64,000 nucleotides of DNA from Chiloscyllium plagiosum (taxonomy: Eukaryota), in assembly GCF_004010195.1 (NCBI RefSeq), contig NC_057718.1:78542935-78606934 (forward strand), written 5' to 3'. Position numbers and translations under genes: made by a program. The notes below the pieces were generated by a model, which made no database searches, had not been told where the DNA came from, and saw only the letters and a list, made by a program, of their open reading frames with translations. Positions 13,165-26,250 of this stretch are shown piece after piece. How positions within the stretch are numbered: position 1 is the first letter of the stretch; every line of letters begins with the position of its first letter.

Positions 13165-13319
13165 ATTTGGCAGGAAGCTTTGCTTCTTATTTGCAACTTT
13201 TGTGACCACAGTGTCAGGTCTTCTACTGGCTTTTTCCCCAAACTATACTTGGTTTGTGATCTTCCGCACTCTTCAAGGCCTATTCAGCAGGGGAGGTTGG
13301 CTGTGTGGCTACGTCTTAA
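13165..13319 (+). CDS. SLC22A2: SLC22A2-like exon 3
   Basis: GCAG acceptor; FGRKLCFLFATF...FRTLQGLFSRGGWLCGYVL; GT at 13320; 155 nt. Confidence 0.93.
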
Positions 13320-13778
13320 GTAAGGTCTTTCTTTTACTTTTGTTTGAATAGACAATCACTGGTAAATGGGCATTGTATTCAATGAATAATCTAAACAATA
13401 GTGTTGTTAAAAACTACTGCAGTGATTATGCCAGGATTTCCCAAACTAGAGATTGAGACACCAATTAATAGCTGAGATTTTGGGGCTGTGAGCTAGGAGA
13501 CAGCAACGACTGACCCCTCTGATGTCTGCTGTTATAGGTCTTCACCTATCCCCACCCCCATCGAGGAATCACAACAAATTTCAAGCTGGGTTTTATCTAG
13601 TTACGATGTTCCAATCTGCTTATTGGAGCCAACTTGCTTGTCTTTTCCTGCCTGTTATTGTTTATTCACGTGAATTAGCTGATTACTTGTTAGAAATAGC
13701 TCAATTATCACGCATTGGTTTTTAGTGTCAACTCTTGGTATTCTCATTCCTTCACTGAACTGTGTGTTTCTCTTCCAG

Positions 13779-13947
13779 TCACTGAACTTGTTGTGTCAGA
13801 TTACAGAAGAACAGCAGGGATTTTAAACCAAGTGTCATTCAGTTTTGGGATCATGCTTCTTCCTGCCATTGCTTATTTTCTACCAGCCTGGAGAAACTTG
13901 CAACTGGCAATAACCATTCCAAACTTCCTCTTCTTGACTTACTACTG
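13779..13947 (+). CDS. SLC22A2: SLC22A2-like exon 4
   Basis: Pyrimidine tract plus CAG; ITELVVSDYRRTAG...WRNLQLAITIPNFLFLTYYW; GT at 13948; 169 nt. Confidence 0.93.
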
Positions 13948-14046
13948 GTAATGTCTGATCAGCATCAGTAGTTACTGAGGAACACCAGTTACTTAGTGCA
14001 TTAAATTGTGGTCATGAAAGATAACCCCACATATGGTCATTTGCAG

Positions 14047-14161
14047 GTTGGTTCCAGAGTCTCCCAGGTGGATGTTTTCTCAGAAGAAGGATGAAGAAGC
14101 TATGAAAATTTTGCAGCAGGTGGCAAAAAGGAATGGCCACACCTTTTCAATGAAAGCCGAG
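14047..14161 (+). CDS. SLC22A2: SLC22A2-like exon 5
   Basis: LVPESPRW signature; GT at 14162; 115 nt. Confidence 0.93.
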
Positions 14162-14295
14162 GTGACTAGTTTATATGGGAATGAAACTGAGACTGTGATT
14201 CTATATACACGTTCAGCCTGCAGGCTAAAGTTGCCATCAACTTAAATGGGTCTAATGCAATGCAGAGATAATTCCGGGCATTCCTGTACATAAAG

Positions 14296-17100
14296 CCATA
14301 AAATATAGGATCAGAATTAGGCCATTTGGTATATCAAGTCTGCTCCACCGTTTGATCATGTCTGGTATGTTTCTCAAGCCCATTCTCCTGCCTTCAGCTC
14401 ATTACCCTTGATCCCTTTCCCATTCAGCTCTGTCTTAAATATACTCAATGACTTGGCCTCCTCAGATTCATCATCCACTGGCTGAAGAAATTCCTCCTCA
14501 TCTCAGTTCTAAAGGGTCATTCCTTTACTCTGAGGCTGTGCCATTGAATCCTAATCTTTCCTACTAGTGAAAACAGCTTCTCCACATCCACTCTATCCAG
14601 GTCTCTCAGTATTCTGTCAGTTTCAATGAGATACCCCTCATCTTTTTAAACTCCATCAGGTACAGAGTCCTCAACTGTTTCTCATATGACAAACACTTTA
14701 TCACTAGATCACTCTTGTGAACCTCCTCTGGACCTGCACTAAGGCAGCACATCTTTCCTTAGATCTAGTCTCAAAACTGTATGAATGGTCAGGCACAGTT
14801 CATACCTCTAACAAATTAAATAAAGGTTTATTATTTGTCTTAACAATCAGTCAGCATTTTCAAAATTTTACAATAGTGAAAAGCTTTACTGTGGCAGTAA
14901 GTCAACTCACACACTGGCATGTATACTGACCTTTCAACTCTTGCACTTAACCTCAAGTGTACCCATCATTCAAAGGGAGAGAGGGAAAAACTATGTAACT
15001 ATAGGCCAATTAACTTAATATCAATTGTTGAAAAAATATTGGAATCAATTATTAACAAAGTAAGAGCAGAAAAGTTGAAAAATCATTACATAGATAAGCA
15101 GAGCCAGCATGATTTCATGATAGGGAAATCATGTCTGACTAATTTATTCGAGTTTTTCGAGGAAGTCTCAACCAGAGTGGATAGAGGCGAACCAGTTGAT
15201 ATGCTGTATTTGGACTTCCAGAAGACATTCACAAGGTATCTCACAAAAGGTGACAAGTCATAAGATGGGCTATATTGTAATATATTGGCATGGATAGAGA
15301 TAGGAAACAACAACTGGGGGATACCGTGTTCTTTTTCAGCTTGGTGACCTGACATTAGTGGGGTTCCACAGGAATCAGTTTATAGTTTATATTAATGACT
15401 TAAAAGAAGAAAGCAAATGTACCATAGCCAAATATGCAGAAATAGGTCAAAGTGAAAGATACATGTATGAGAGGGATATAAGCAGTTTACAGAATGATAG
15501 ATCGGTTATATAAATGGGCAACAAAATGTTGACAAATAGTGGGAAAATATGAAGTTGTTCATTTTAGAAGGAAGAACAAAAGACCAGAGTATTATTTAAA
15601 TGCAGACAAACTGCAGAAAGCTACTATGTAAAGTGACTTGGGAATACATGTGCATGAAATGTAGAAATCTAGATCAAAGTGCAGCAAGTAATCAGGAAGG
15701 CTAATGAAATGTTGGAAATGTGTTGCTGGAAAAGCGCAGCAGGTCAGGCAGCATCGAAATGTTGGCCCTTATTTCAAAAGAGTATAAGAGTATGGAAGTC
15801 TTATTGCAATTGTACAAGGTGTTGGTGAGACTACATCTGGAGTACTGTGAGCAGTTTTGGTCCCTGTATTCAAGAAATGATTTCAATGGAGGTAGTTCAG
15901 AGAAGCTTCTCAAGGATGATCTCTGGTATGGAAGGATTGTTTTATGAGTAAAGGTTCAGCAGGTTGTGATTCTACTCACTGGCGTTTAGAAAATAAGACG
16001 TGGTCTTATTTAAACATTTTGGATTCTTATTAGACTTGACAGAGTAAATGCTGGGAGGATGCTTCCCCACATAGAGTTTAGAACCAGAGGACATAATCTC
16101 AGAATTAAGGGGCACCAATTTAAGACTGAGAAGAGGAGGAATTTCTTCTCTCAGAGGGTTGTGAGTCTTTGGAAAACCTTGTCACAGAGATCTGTGGGGC
16201 CAGAGTCTCTGAGTAGATTTAAGGCTGAGATAAATTGATTCTTGATCAGTAAGGGAAGAAGAGCAATTATGAAGAAAGGGCAGGAAGGTGGACATGGGGA
16301 GTGTTGGATTAACCATGCTCCTAGTGAAGATGAAGCAGGCTCAAGGGGCCAAATGCCCTACGTCTGTGCCTATTTCTTACATCTTATGATCTTTTATAAA
16401 TTATTATTTGTTCCTGAGAAATGGTAAATCCTGATCATTCACACTGAGGACGTTAAGAGCAGTCTGCAATCCATACCTTGTATGTCTGGAGGCATATCTA
16501 AGCTAGATCACATAGGACTGTTAGGACTAGACCAGTGAATTAATTGGTCTTTTTTTAGCAATTTGAACATATGAACATAAAATGTAAGAACTGGAGATGG
16601 CTATTTGGTCCTTCAAGCTCATTCTGCTATTCAGTAAGGCCATAGTTGATCTTCTATCTCAACTCCACCTTCCTGCACTGCCACCACATCCTCTAATTCC
16701 ATGTTTACCAAATTTCTATCAAACTTTGTTTTAAATACACTCAGTGACTGAATATTCATGGCTATCTGGGTAAACAGTTTCAAAAATTCACAATCTTGCA
16801 AGTGAAGAAAATTCTTCACATAGAATTATATGGTACAGAAGAGGCCCTTCAGCCCTTCGAGTCTACACCACCAAATCTACTCCAGATCTACATAAGTCCC
16901 ATTTTGCTGAACTTGGTCCATGGCTTTGGATATAATGACACTTGAAATCACTCATCCAAGTACTTTTTAAAGTTTGTGAGGTCACACACTCCTACTACCC
17001 TTCTAGACATTCCAGACAATCACCACCAACTTAAGTGAAAAACCCTTTCCTCAACTTCCTTTTAAACGTCCTGCCTTTCACCTTAAAAGTATACCATCTC
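14296..17100. mobile_element. Cluster of CR1 fragments (14296-14770 minus, 14950-16395 plus, 16570-17100 minus)
   Basis: NYRPINL, KSCLTNLFEFFEEV, YLDFQK and LEYCEQFW motifs; CR1 3' UTR motifs. Confidence 0.8.
15716..15755 (-). mobile_element. 40-bp Penelope-like fragment, family B
   Basis: Matches part of the 50411 element; perfect 10-bp TSD GAAATGTTGG. Confidence 0.85.
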
Positions 17101-17382
17101 ACACAATTGGCAACTTACTTTAAGCTTTTAATTCAACTTTGGCTCAGGATATGGTTTTGATATAACTGGGTGATTTGCCAGATATACTAGGACAATCACT
17201 TAATCCTGAACTGATTTTTTTTATATGTAACACCAAATTTTATAACAGTCTCATTCAATCCCCTGGACTTTTGGATAATAGTTCTTGGTTTTTCAAATTA
17301 TAGTCTTCAATTTGTTGGTGTCTAATTCGTGTTTTCTACTTTTTGCTACCCACAATATTTTCAGTCCCTTTTCTTTTCCCAG

Positions 17383-17489
17383 GCAATTACTATCGAGAAG
17401 AATGATGAAAAGATGAACCGTCCTTCCATAATTGAGCTGGTCAGGACACCTCAGATGAGGAAACATACTCTCATTTTGATGGTGAACTG
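17383..17489 (+). CDS. SLC22A2: SLC22A2-like exon 6
   Basis: Pyrimidine tract plus [45 protein letters not shown] donor at 17490; 107 nt. Confidence 0.92.
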
Positions 17490-18205
17490 GTGAGTCTTAT
17501 TCATTTTTAAAAAATTTATATTAGCTTAATATTTAATCTTTAAAGAGGTATCACCTGAACTACTGTGTGTCACTCACTAACTACTGTTTGCAGCACCATA
17601 ACCACTCTGTGTACCATTCAAACACTCATCCATAACACTCAACTACCATCTGCAAATCCCTAATTACAAACTACAAGAATAAAGAGTATAGTTACCGTGT
17701 GGCAAATGGTAACTGGGGCGTAATGTTAGTTGTGCTGAAAGTTGTAATTTAAATGACTGCTGAAATGGTTTAGTCATTGGATATTACAGATGTTAGTTTG
17801 GTGGCACATTTAGTAGTTGTGGTGATGCAGTTGATAGTTATGATGATAGAGATGGTAGTTAGAGTTGTTCAGGTACTCAGTGAATTTCAACCGCCAGCAG
17901 ACGGAATACCATAGGCAATAATTTTGTTTGGAAATATACCCCAGAAAAGGTATTCAGGCAATTCTCTGTGTCAAAGGTATTCATGGGAGGTGGTCTGTCA
18001 TGGCCCACATTTATTTTCAGCACACAATCTTCAGCTCTTCCTCTCCATAATTATAGAATCATAGCATGGGAGAGGTGAAAGTGTTTGTTTACGGTTGCTG
18101 GGACTTTGCAATGTTTACAGCAAGGATGCCATATTTAAACTCCAACTGCAACCACCTTCAGGCATCGTAATCCAGGAGTTGCCCTTCACTGTTATCTCAA
18201 AGAAA

Positions 18206-18436
18206 ATGTCCCAGAAAGGATTTTTCGCTCATTGGTTCAGCAACAGGGACCTGAAGGTTTTAATGGAAAGAGTGAAGGAAAGCAGGGCAGGGCTTTATCC
18301 TGCTGACAAACAAAGGAGTCATGCCATAGACTTAGCCCACCTGACCGAGATAGTGGCCTGAGTCAGTGTAGTGTCCCTGGTGAAACATTACACACAACAG
18401 TGCAGTACATGACCTTCTGCGCTCTGTAAAGCTAAG
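18206..18436 (+). mobile_element. Remnant of a PIF/Harbinger Myb/SANT-like gene exon
   Basis: WFSNRDLKVLMERV...EIVA*VS..S......QQC....DLLRS pattern with an in-frame stop. Confidence 0.5.
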
Positions 18437-18519
18437 TGCCACCATCTTCTTTCTGCAAACTTACACCCATCACTCATTAAACTCTGTCACTTCATAAGGC
18501 TGTTACCAAGACTCATAAG

Positions 18520-19400
18520 AATTTCAGTAATGACGAGAGATCGGACAGTCTGTGGTTGATTTCCTTACAGCAGAGGAGACCGAGAGGGAACATGACTGAG
18601 ATGCATAAAATAATAAGCAACACAGAAAGGATAGACAGGAGGAAGCTTTTCCTCTTGATGAGCAGAAGCATAGATCTAAGGTAAGGAGCAGAAGGTTTAC
18701 AGGGGATGTGAGTAATAAACCTTTCACCCAGAGGGTGGTAGGAATCTGCAATTCACTGTCTGTATTGGTGGTAAAGGCAGAAACCCTCATACCATTGATG
18801 AGGTATTTCAATGTGCACTTGTGATGTCAAAGTGTACAGAGCTATGGATCAAAGACTGGAAAATAGGATTAGAATAGTAACAGAGTCAATCCATCCAGTC
18901 CATTCTTACGATAATCCCAAACTAAACTAGTCCCATCTGCCTGTGCTTGGTCCACATCCCTCCAAACATTTCTTATTCATGTACTTATCCAAATGTCTTT
19001 TAAACATTGTAACTATACTCGCCACTTCCTCTGGAATTTTATTTCACACATGAACCACTGTCTGTGTAAAAGAGTTAGCCTTCATGTCTTTTTTAAATCT
19101 TTCTCATCCAACCTTAAAAATATGCCCTCTAATCTTGAAATCCTCACCACAGTGTAAAGGCACCTTCCATTCACCTTATCTATACCCATTTATGATTTTA
19201 AAAAACCTCTGTAAGGTCTCCCCTCAACCTCCTGCGCCCCCGTGAAAAAAGTCCCAGCCTATCCAGCCTCACCCTATTACTCAAATCTTCCATTCCTGGG
19301 GTACCATCCCAGTAAATCTTTTCTGATCCCTGTCCAGCTTATAATATCCTTCATATAACAGGGTGACCAGAGCTAGACATAGTACTCCGGAAGAGGCCTC
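18520..19400. mobile_element. Two CR1 3' fragments, tail to tail (+ then -)
   Basis: Similarity to 30950-31350. Confidence 0.75.
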
Positions 19401-19469
19401 ACAAACACTTAGGAGAGAAAGGAAGACCCAACATTCTAAAGTATGTTGCACTTTTATAAACATAGCCAA

Positions 19470-19781
19470 GGCACGGTGGCACAGTGGTTAGCACTGCTGC
19501 CTCGCAGCGCCAGAGACCCGGGTTCAATTCCTGACTCAGGCGACTGACTGTGTGGAGTTTGCATGTTCTCCCCGTGTCTGCGTGGGTTTCCTCCGGGTGC
19601 TCCGGTTTCCTCCCACAGTCCAAAGATGTGCAGGTTAGGTTAATTGGCCATACTAAATTGCCCGTAGTGTTAGGTAAGGGGTAAATGTAGGGGTATGGGT
19701 GGGTTTCGCTTCGGCGGGTCGGTGTGGACTTGTTGGGCCGAAGGGCCTGTTTCCACACTGTAATCTAATCTAAAATCTAAT
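19470..19781 (+). mobile_element. HE1-type SINE, young
   Basis: A/B boxes, CpG-rich, CR1-like 3' end, TAATC tail. Confidence 0.92.
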
Positions 19782-20400
19782 ATACACTCTTGTACTCTAT
19801 GTCTTTGTCACTATCTGGTGATGTCATACCCCTTTGGGAGATGGGCAGACTCTTCAGACATCACAAAAATGATGTAATGATCAATCATTGCTCATCTTTC
19901 ACAAGCAACCAACTCCTTGACTGTAAATAGTGTCGACATCATGGATCCTTGAAGCAATATTGATGACAGCGACATATGTAGATAGTGTAGAAGCAAAAAA
20001 TGGTGTGCAAGGGTTGTGCTTGGGTCTGGTCTGCACACATCTTCCCCACTTATACCCATCTTATGAGTGAGATTAAGGAAGCCATAATAGAGCAATAGAG
20101 TCATAAAGATGTACAGTATGGAAACAGACCCTTCGGTCCAACTTGTCCATGCCAACCAGATATATCAACCCAGTCTAGTCCCACCTGAGGTTTCTTTGAC
20201 ACCAGGTATATAGTCAGGTCAGGTATATAGAACATGATTTGCTCCTGCCCCGTTTGTGAGGTAACAGCTTTCAGGTGATCCATATGTTTGTTCTGGATAA
20301 TTATTACCTACTTGAACTGTGTATCATGGAACCTGATCGCAAGTTGACCTCACCTTGTGCCCAATCAGGGTCATTTTCAGGATTCCGGCACCAAACTTCA

Positions 20401-23400
20401 TCCCCTTAAGTAAACTGCCTCCCTCACGTATGGGAAGCATGCGGTGGCACTGGCTTTCCTGTTGCCATTTCACCATCCTGGGAGTCCAGGAATAACAGGT
20501 TTAGGCTGATGCAGAGTTTTCTCCCCAGCAGTGACTCTGCTGGAGCTTTGAATGGGCATCCACAATGACTAGGAACATTGAGCCCATAAAAGGACTGGCA
20601 TGGTCAACATGTAACCGAATCCAGGTATTACCCAGCCATTCTCACAAATGTGGGGGTGCTGCTGCCACCAACGTTTATCTTTGTTGGCACACTGGGCATT
20701 GCCCCACCAACGCAGCTATGCTGGCATCTAATCCTGGCTACCAGACATAAAGTCTTGACAACATCTTCATTTTGGAAACACTGGGTTACACTGATGGAGC
20801 TCAGCCAATATCTGGTGACAACTTTTACTCAAGACAATCACTCCTGCTCCCCATACTAATATGCCGTCCCCTACAGTGACCTGGTCTCACTGGGTCCAGA
20901 AAAATTTCTGATGGCCCTTCTGTTTCCACCATCACCACCATCTGTTTTAGTTTTGCCAGGACAGGCATTCACAGTCAGATATTGTCAGTGATGACCAGAA
21001 GGGTATCCATAAAGTTTAAAACCAGAATGGACTCATCCAGAGGAGGCACCATTGGTCCTGGTTCGACCAGAATCTATGGGCAGCACCGCCTTGACTTCTT
21101 TATGCAGCCCTTACAGGGGTTTGTGGTCCATTACTACGACAAACACACGTCCATAAAGATATTGGCGGAACTTTCCCACACCAAAGATGACTGCCAATCC
21201 TTCCTTCTCTATCCGGGCCTTTTTGCGTTCAGAATCAGCCAAAATCTGGGAAGCATATGCTATTGGATATTCCTCTCCTTTGTACCACCAGTGAGCCGAT
21301 ACTACTTGCCCCAATCGCATGTCAGCACCACCTCTCACATCGGATCATGGTGGGCTGATTTTTCACTTCCTTAAAGGCTACTTCTTGGCTACGTTACCAT
21401 TTCCATGGCTGATCCTTTATTGATAGCAGGTATAAGAATGTCAAGATGGAGGCCAGGTTATGTAAGAATTTCTTGTAATAATTCACCAATTCAAGGAAAG
21501 ACCTAAGCTCCATTACAGACATGGGAGCTGGGACTCCTTTGATGGCCCTCACTTTCCCTTCCAATGAATCTAACCTGGTTTTCTTGACTCTGTAACTCAA
21601 GTAGGTCACTTGGGGTGCTTGGAACACACGTTTCCCTTCTGAGGCATACACCTACCCAGGAGAAACGTTTAAGAACTGTGTTCAAGTTCTCCAAGTGCTC
21701 TTCATTGGTCTTCCCGGTTATTGACATGTCATCTAGATAAACGGTAACCTGGGGTAGCCCTTGTAAAATATTTTCCATTATCTACTAGAGAAGGGCACAG
21801 GCTGATACCCCAAATGGCAGTCCTGAAAATTGGTACAAATCTTACTATTAATTGTGGCGTACTTTTGGGATTCCTCAGTTGCAGGTAGGCGTGCTCATTT
21901 CCAGCTTCGCAAATGACAGTGTTTCCCCCCACCCACAACCCTTGCACACAAGTCCTCTATGCAAGGGATTGAGTATTTATCCAGCTGCAGGATGCAACTT
22001 ACCCTTTGCTTAAAATTCCCACAAAAGCGAACTGAGCTGTCAGGCTTCACAGTTGGTATGACCGATGCTGTCCATTTCGCAAACTGCACTGGTTTGATGA
22101 TTTCTTCACTTTCCAACCTCCTGATTTCTGCCTCTACTTTTACCCACAAGAAAATGACCCCAGGCAGACCTTGCAAAACTATGGAATTTCTTCCTGGTGA
22201 TCATGTAAAGTGGCTTTGGCCCCTTTGATAGTCCCTAGCCCTTCCTGAAAAACTTCTGGGAATTTCATTAGGACTTCACCAAGGCAGCCATTTTCTCATG
22301 AAAAAATGTTGAGCCAATCAAGGTGAATCTTTCTCAACCAATTCTGTCGCAACTGGCTTGGGCCTGAGCCTCTGACTACAATCAGTGGTAACTGCACCAT
22401 CTGCTTCTCATAGGAGACCAGAACCAAAATCAAACTGTTAATTTCTATCTGTTCCCCAGCATACACTCTCAGTCTGGCTGAGGTCTTGCGTAAACTTAAG
22501 GGTTGGAGACCAGAGTGAATCTTATTAAAGAGAGGTACTGCAACCATAGATACAGCTGCACCAGTACTGACCTTCAGGAAAACCAGGTGACCATTTAACC
22601 AAACATTAATTTTAAATGGTACTAATTTGGATGTTGCTAAGCAATTTAACAGTTCCAAGCCACATGTAGGGGGACTTTCCAGGGTGCGCACTCTTCTGGA
22701 TACCGACCTACGAGTTTTCTTACTCAAGGCAGGCTTTGTAGGACTCCTTTGCTCTCTCCAGTCTGCATACCAGCAGCAACTACAATGCCTTGTGATTGTG
22801 AAGAGCTTTCCAGCCACTTGGCCAAGACTCGGCTTTGTTGTGGGGTTCTGCTGTGGGCTGGCCTAGGATCCCTCTGCTCAGGATATGCCCTGTGTGAGGC
22901 TCTGCGATTGCCTACACTCAAATGATGTTCCCCAAGCTCAATCGGACAAGTCAGGGTGGTCACTTTCATTGGGATGCCCTGTAGCTCCCATGCTCCACTT
23001 GCCACATTTTCTAATAACAAAGTCAGTTGTGGTGCCTGTTTGAACTCCAGGTGGGCTTCAGCTTTTGCATAGTTATATTATTAATCCCATATACTAGATA
23101 GTCTCTCAGCATCTCATTCAGGGTTAACTCAAAATCACATGCCTCTGCTGGTCATCTTAACTGAATTAAAAATCCCAATACTGATTCATCTGGTTCTCAA
23201 ACAGCCAAATAGAATCAATAACGTCTCAGAATTAGAGGTGGTTTGGTGTCATAATATACCTTAAATAAATATGGCAACCCTTGCAAGATTTTAGAGTCTG
23301 GTGCCTCTAGAAAAATTAAGCCCCTAATATCCAAAAATGCTGAAGGCCTGCAAGCAGTCAGAAGGATTATTTGTTACTTTTCATCTGCCCCAGTGTAATT

Positions 23401-23560
23401 TGCCTGGAAAAAAAATCACGTTCTTTCTGCATCCTGGCCTCGTCTCTGATGACCGGTTCAAAAACGTCAAGCTTCCAAAATAAAGGCATGATGCCAAAAA
23501 TGCTTACCTCAACTCAAAGATGACCGTTGAGAGTGAATTTTCTTCAAGAATGTATTGTTT
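20401..23560 (-). mobile_element. Decayed Ty3/gypsy retrotransposon internal region, canonical order gag-PR-RT-RH-IN
   Basis: Gag start near 23490; protease-like LKVSTGAAVS; RT VTVYLDD; RNase H IAYAS...EKEGLAVIFGV...DHKPL; truncated integrase; PPT-like CTTAAGGGGA at 20401-20410. LTR pair not resolved. Confidence 0.85.
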
Positions 23561-23699
23561 TTTTATTGAAACAATTGCACAAAGGCCAGTATCCTGTCAC
23601 CAAATCATCCTTTATTTACATGTGCACAACAGCCAGCTTAGAGTCAGTCTCTCAAGTGAGGAGATTCTGAATCACCTTTTCTAAAGTATTTTCTTTAAA

Positions 23700-23900
23700 T
23701 GCATGCTATTGGAAAAGCTCAGCAGGTCTGGCAGCATCTGTGGAGAGAAATCAGAGTTAATATTTTGTCTCTAGTGACCCTTCTTCAGAACTTTCCTTCA
23801 GTTCTGAGGAAGGGTCACTGGACCCGAAATGTTAACTCTGATTTCTCTCCACAGATGCTGCCAGACCTGCTGAGCTTTTCCAACAATTTCTGCTTTTGCT
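23700..23900. mobile_element. Penelope-like fold-back insert, family C (older relatives at about 1180-1260, 5835-5990, 45825-45900, 52555-52730)
   Basis: Inverted arms of about 80 bp, GGAAAAGCTCAGCAGG.../...CCTGCTGAGCTTTTCC. Confidence 0.75.
23800..23837 (+). ncRNA. Minimal hammerhead ribozyme motif (family C)
   Basis: AGUU-CUGAGGA-A-GGGUC-ACUG-GACCC-GAAA-UGUU-AACU. Confidence 0.75.
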
Positions 23901-24015
23901 TTATTCCTTTTTACCTGCACACACAAGGGTGTCGCTTTCAGTAACTTGCACCCTCAACTAGCACTTAAACATGCCAGCGCTCTAGCACACAAAGGTTAGG
24001 AGATGCAGTTTTTAT

Positions 24016-24336
24016 GGGCGGCACGGTGGCACAGTGGTTAGCACTGCTGCCTCACAGCGCCAGAGACCCGGGTTCAATTCCCGCCTCAGGCGACTGACTG
24101 TGTGGAGTTTGCACATTCTCCCCGTGTCTGCGTGGGTTTCCTCCGGGTGCTCCAGTTTCCTCCCACAACCCAAAGATGTGCAGGTTAGGTGGATTGGCCA
24201 TGCTAAATTGCCCACATTGGGGTAAGGGGTAAAGGGGTAAGGGGTAAATGTAGGGGTATGGGTGGGTTGCGCTTCGGCGGGTCGGTGTGGATTTGTTGGG
24301 CCGAAGGGCCTGTTTCCACACTGTAAGTAATCTAAT
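24016..24336 (+). mobile_element. HE1-type SINE, young, full length
   Basis: GGGCGGCACGGTGG start; near-identical to the 19470 and 51587 copies. Confidence 0.92.
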
Positions 24337-24743
24337 CCTCTTCTAGTGTATTTATTGAAGCTTAAAACACAAGTATGTCTTTTATCGTTTCTTTCAACTC
24401 ATATCATATCTATAGTCTGAGACATAACCCACAGGAGATTGTTTTCTGCTGAGAGTGGGTGATCAGCCCCTCATTATCTCTGTAGCCACAGGAAATCACA
24501 GTTCAGCTTTCTAGAACCACATCTCTCCTTTTGAAGTATTTCTTAGAACTTCTCTGAACATTCTTCAAATACAATATTCCATGGTTCCCCTGAGGACTCA
24601 GTATAATCCACACAGCCACTAAATTTATATTCTTTATGTTATCTTTTATAATTTATTTTATCTTTTGACTTGTATGTATTTCTGTAAAAAGAAGCGCATA
24701 TTGTACTTGAAAGTTCAACATCAATAGTTCAGTATATACCACA

Positions 24744-25428
24744 GGGCAGAATAGTGGCTCAGCGGTCAGCACTGCTGCCTCACAGCGCCAGGGACGCGGG
24801 TTCAAATCCAGACTCAGGCAACTGTCTGTGTGGGGTTGGCACTTTCTCGACATGACTGCATGGATTTCCTCCGGGTGCTCTGGTTTCCTCCCACAGTCCA
24901 AAGATGTGCAGGCTAGGTGGATTGACCATACTAAATTGCCTGTAGCGTTCAGGGATGTGTACGTTAGGTGCATTAATCAAGGGTAAATATAGGATAATAT
25001 GGTAGGGGAATGGGTCTGGGTGGTTACTCTTCAGACGGTCGGGTGTGGACTTGTTGGGCCGAAGGGCCTGCTCCCTCACTATAGGGATTCTATGATTCAC
25101 TCTTGCCTCACAGCACCAGAGATCCAGGTTCGATTCCACCCTCAGGTGACAGTCTATGTGGAGTGTGCACATTCTCCCCGTATCTGTGTGGGTTTTCTCT
25201 GGGTGCTCCGGTTTCCTCCCACAGTTCAAAGATATGTACAGTAGGTGGAATGGCCATGGTAGATTGTCCATTGTGTCCAGGAGTGAGTAGGCTGGGTGGA
25301 TTAGCCATGGGAGTTGGAGAGTTGCAGAGACAGGGTAGGGGGATAGATATAGGTGGGATGCTCTTCGGAGGGGTGGTGTGGACTTAATGAGCTGAATGGC
25401 CTGGTTCCACACTATAGGAATTCTATTA
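24744..25428 (+). mobile_element. Two older HE1-type SINEs in tandem (24744-25098, 25099-25428)
   Basis: Repeated core sequence; ATTCTAT tails. Confidence 0.88.
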
Positions 25429-26035
25429 CTATCCTTGAGTAACTTGGGAGAATGGTTGAAGGTCATGACATTGCATCATAATTCCACACAACAATTTGTA
25501 CCTATAACTCAAGGAATCTTACCGGCTAAAAGCGCATGGGGTACTTCAGTTTTGTGAAGAGACAGGAGAAACTGTGGTTCTCTTTCCTAGAGCAAATGAG
25601 GTTAATAGGAGATTTGACAACTTTTCAAAATTATTAACTGTTTCAATAGAGCTGATAGGAAGAAGTATTTTCCATTGAGAGTGACTAATGTCAATTCATA
25701 CAAAGACAGAGATAAAGTTGCAGAATTTGTTAGCAAACTATCAAATCAACTCAGTTGGCTGGACTGTCAATGTGTCAACCAATTATTGCTAACATCACAT
25801 GGTTCAATTCCCAGTTTCAGGTAATGTAAAGTCAGGTCCTGCCTCCTCATCCTACTTATAGCAAAAGAAAAGGAACATAACTGTGGTTTGTGAATATTCA
25901 CAAGGATTTACCTTGAGGCAAGGAGTTAAGATGAATTTAACAACATATCAATTAGTTTGAACCGTAAGAGCATTGGCTCATCAATTAGTGCAATGGTATG
26001 AGATTTGTTTATTAAACTTAACCTCTTTATTTCAG

Positions 26036-26250
26036 GTTTACGAGTGCCTTGGTGTATCAAGGACTTGTCATGCGTTTGGGAACTCTAGGAGGAAACATTT
26101 ACCTTGATTTCTTTATCTCAGGAGCTGTGGAAATCCCAGCATCAATCATTATCATTTTAGTGATTGAACGGATTGGACGACGCCTTCCCTTTGCAGCAGG
26201 TGGTCTGGTGGCAGGGGGCTCCTGTTTAATAGTGGTGTTCATACCTGAAA
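26036..26250 (+). CDS. SLC22A2: SLC22A2-like exon 7
   Basis: [10 protein letters not shown]...[14 protein letters not shown]...[13 protein letters not shown] donor at 26251; 215 nt. Confidence 0.93.

Noticed and set aside
19470..19545. tRNA-like sequences with A and B boxes (also 24016, 51830-51904)
   Set aside because: They are heads of HE1 SINEs, continuous with SINE core and tail; not tRNA genes.
23565..23700. 5' LTR and PBS of the second gypsy element
   Set aside because: No matching second LTR was found near 20100-20400, so boundaries cannot be supported.
24780..25466. 228-aa minus-strand ORF and the repeated MWKQALRPNK / CGRKPEHPEE ORFs
   Set aside because: Antisense translations of HE1 SINE copies.
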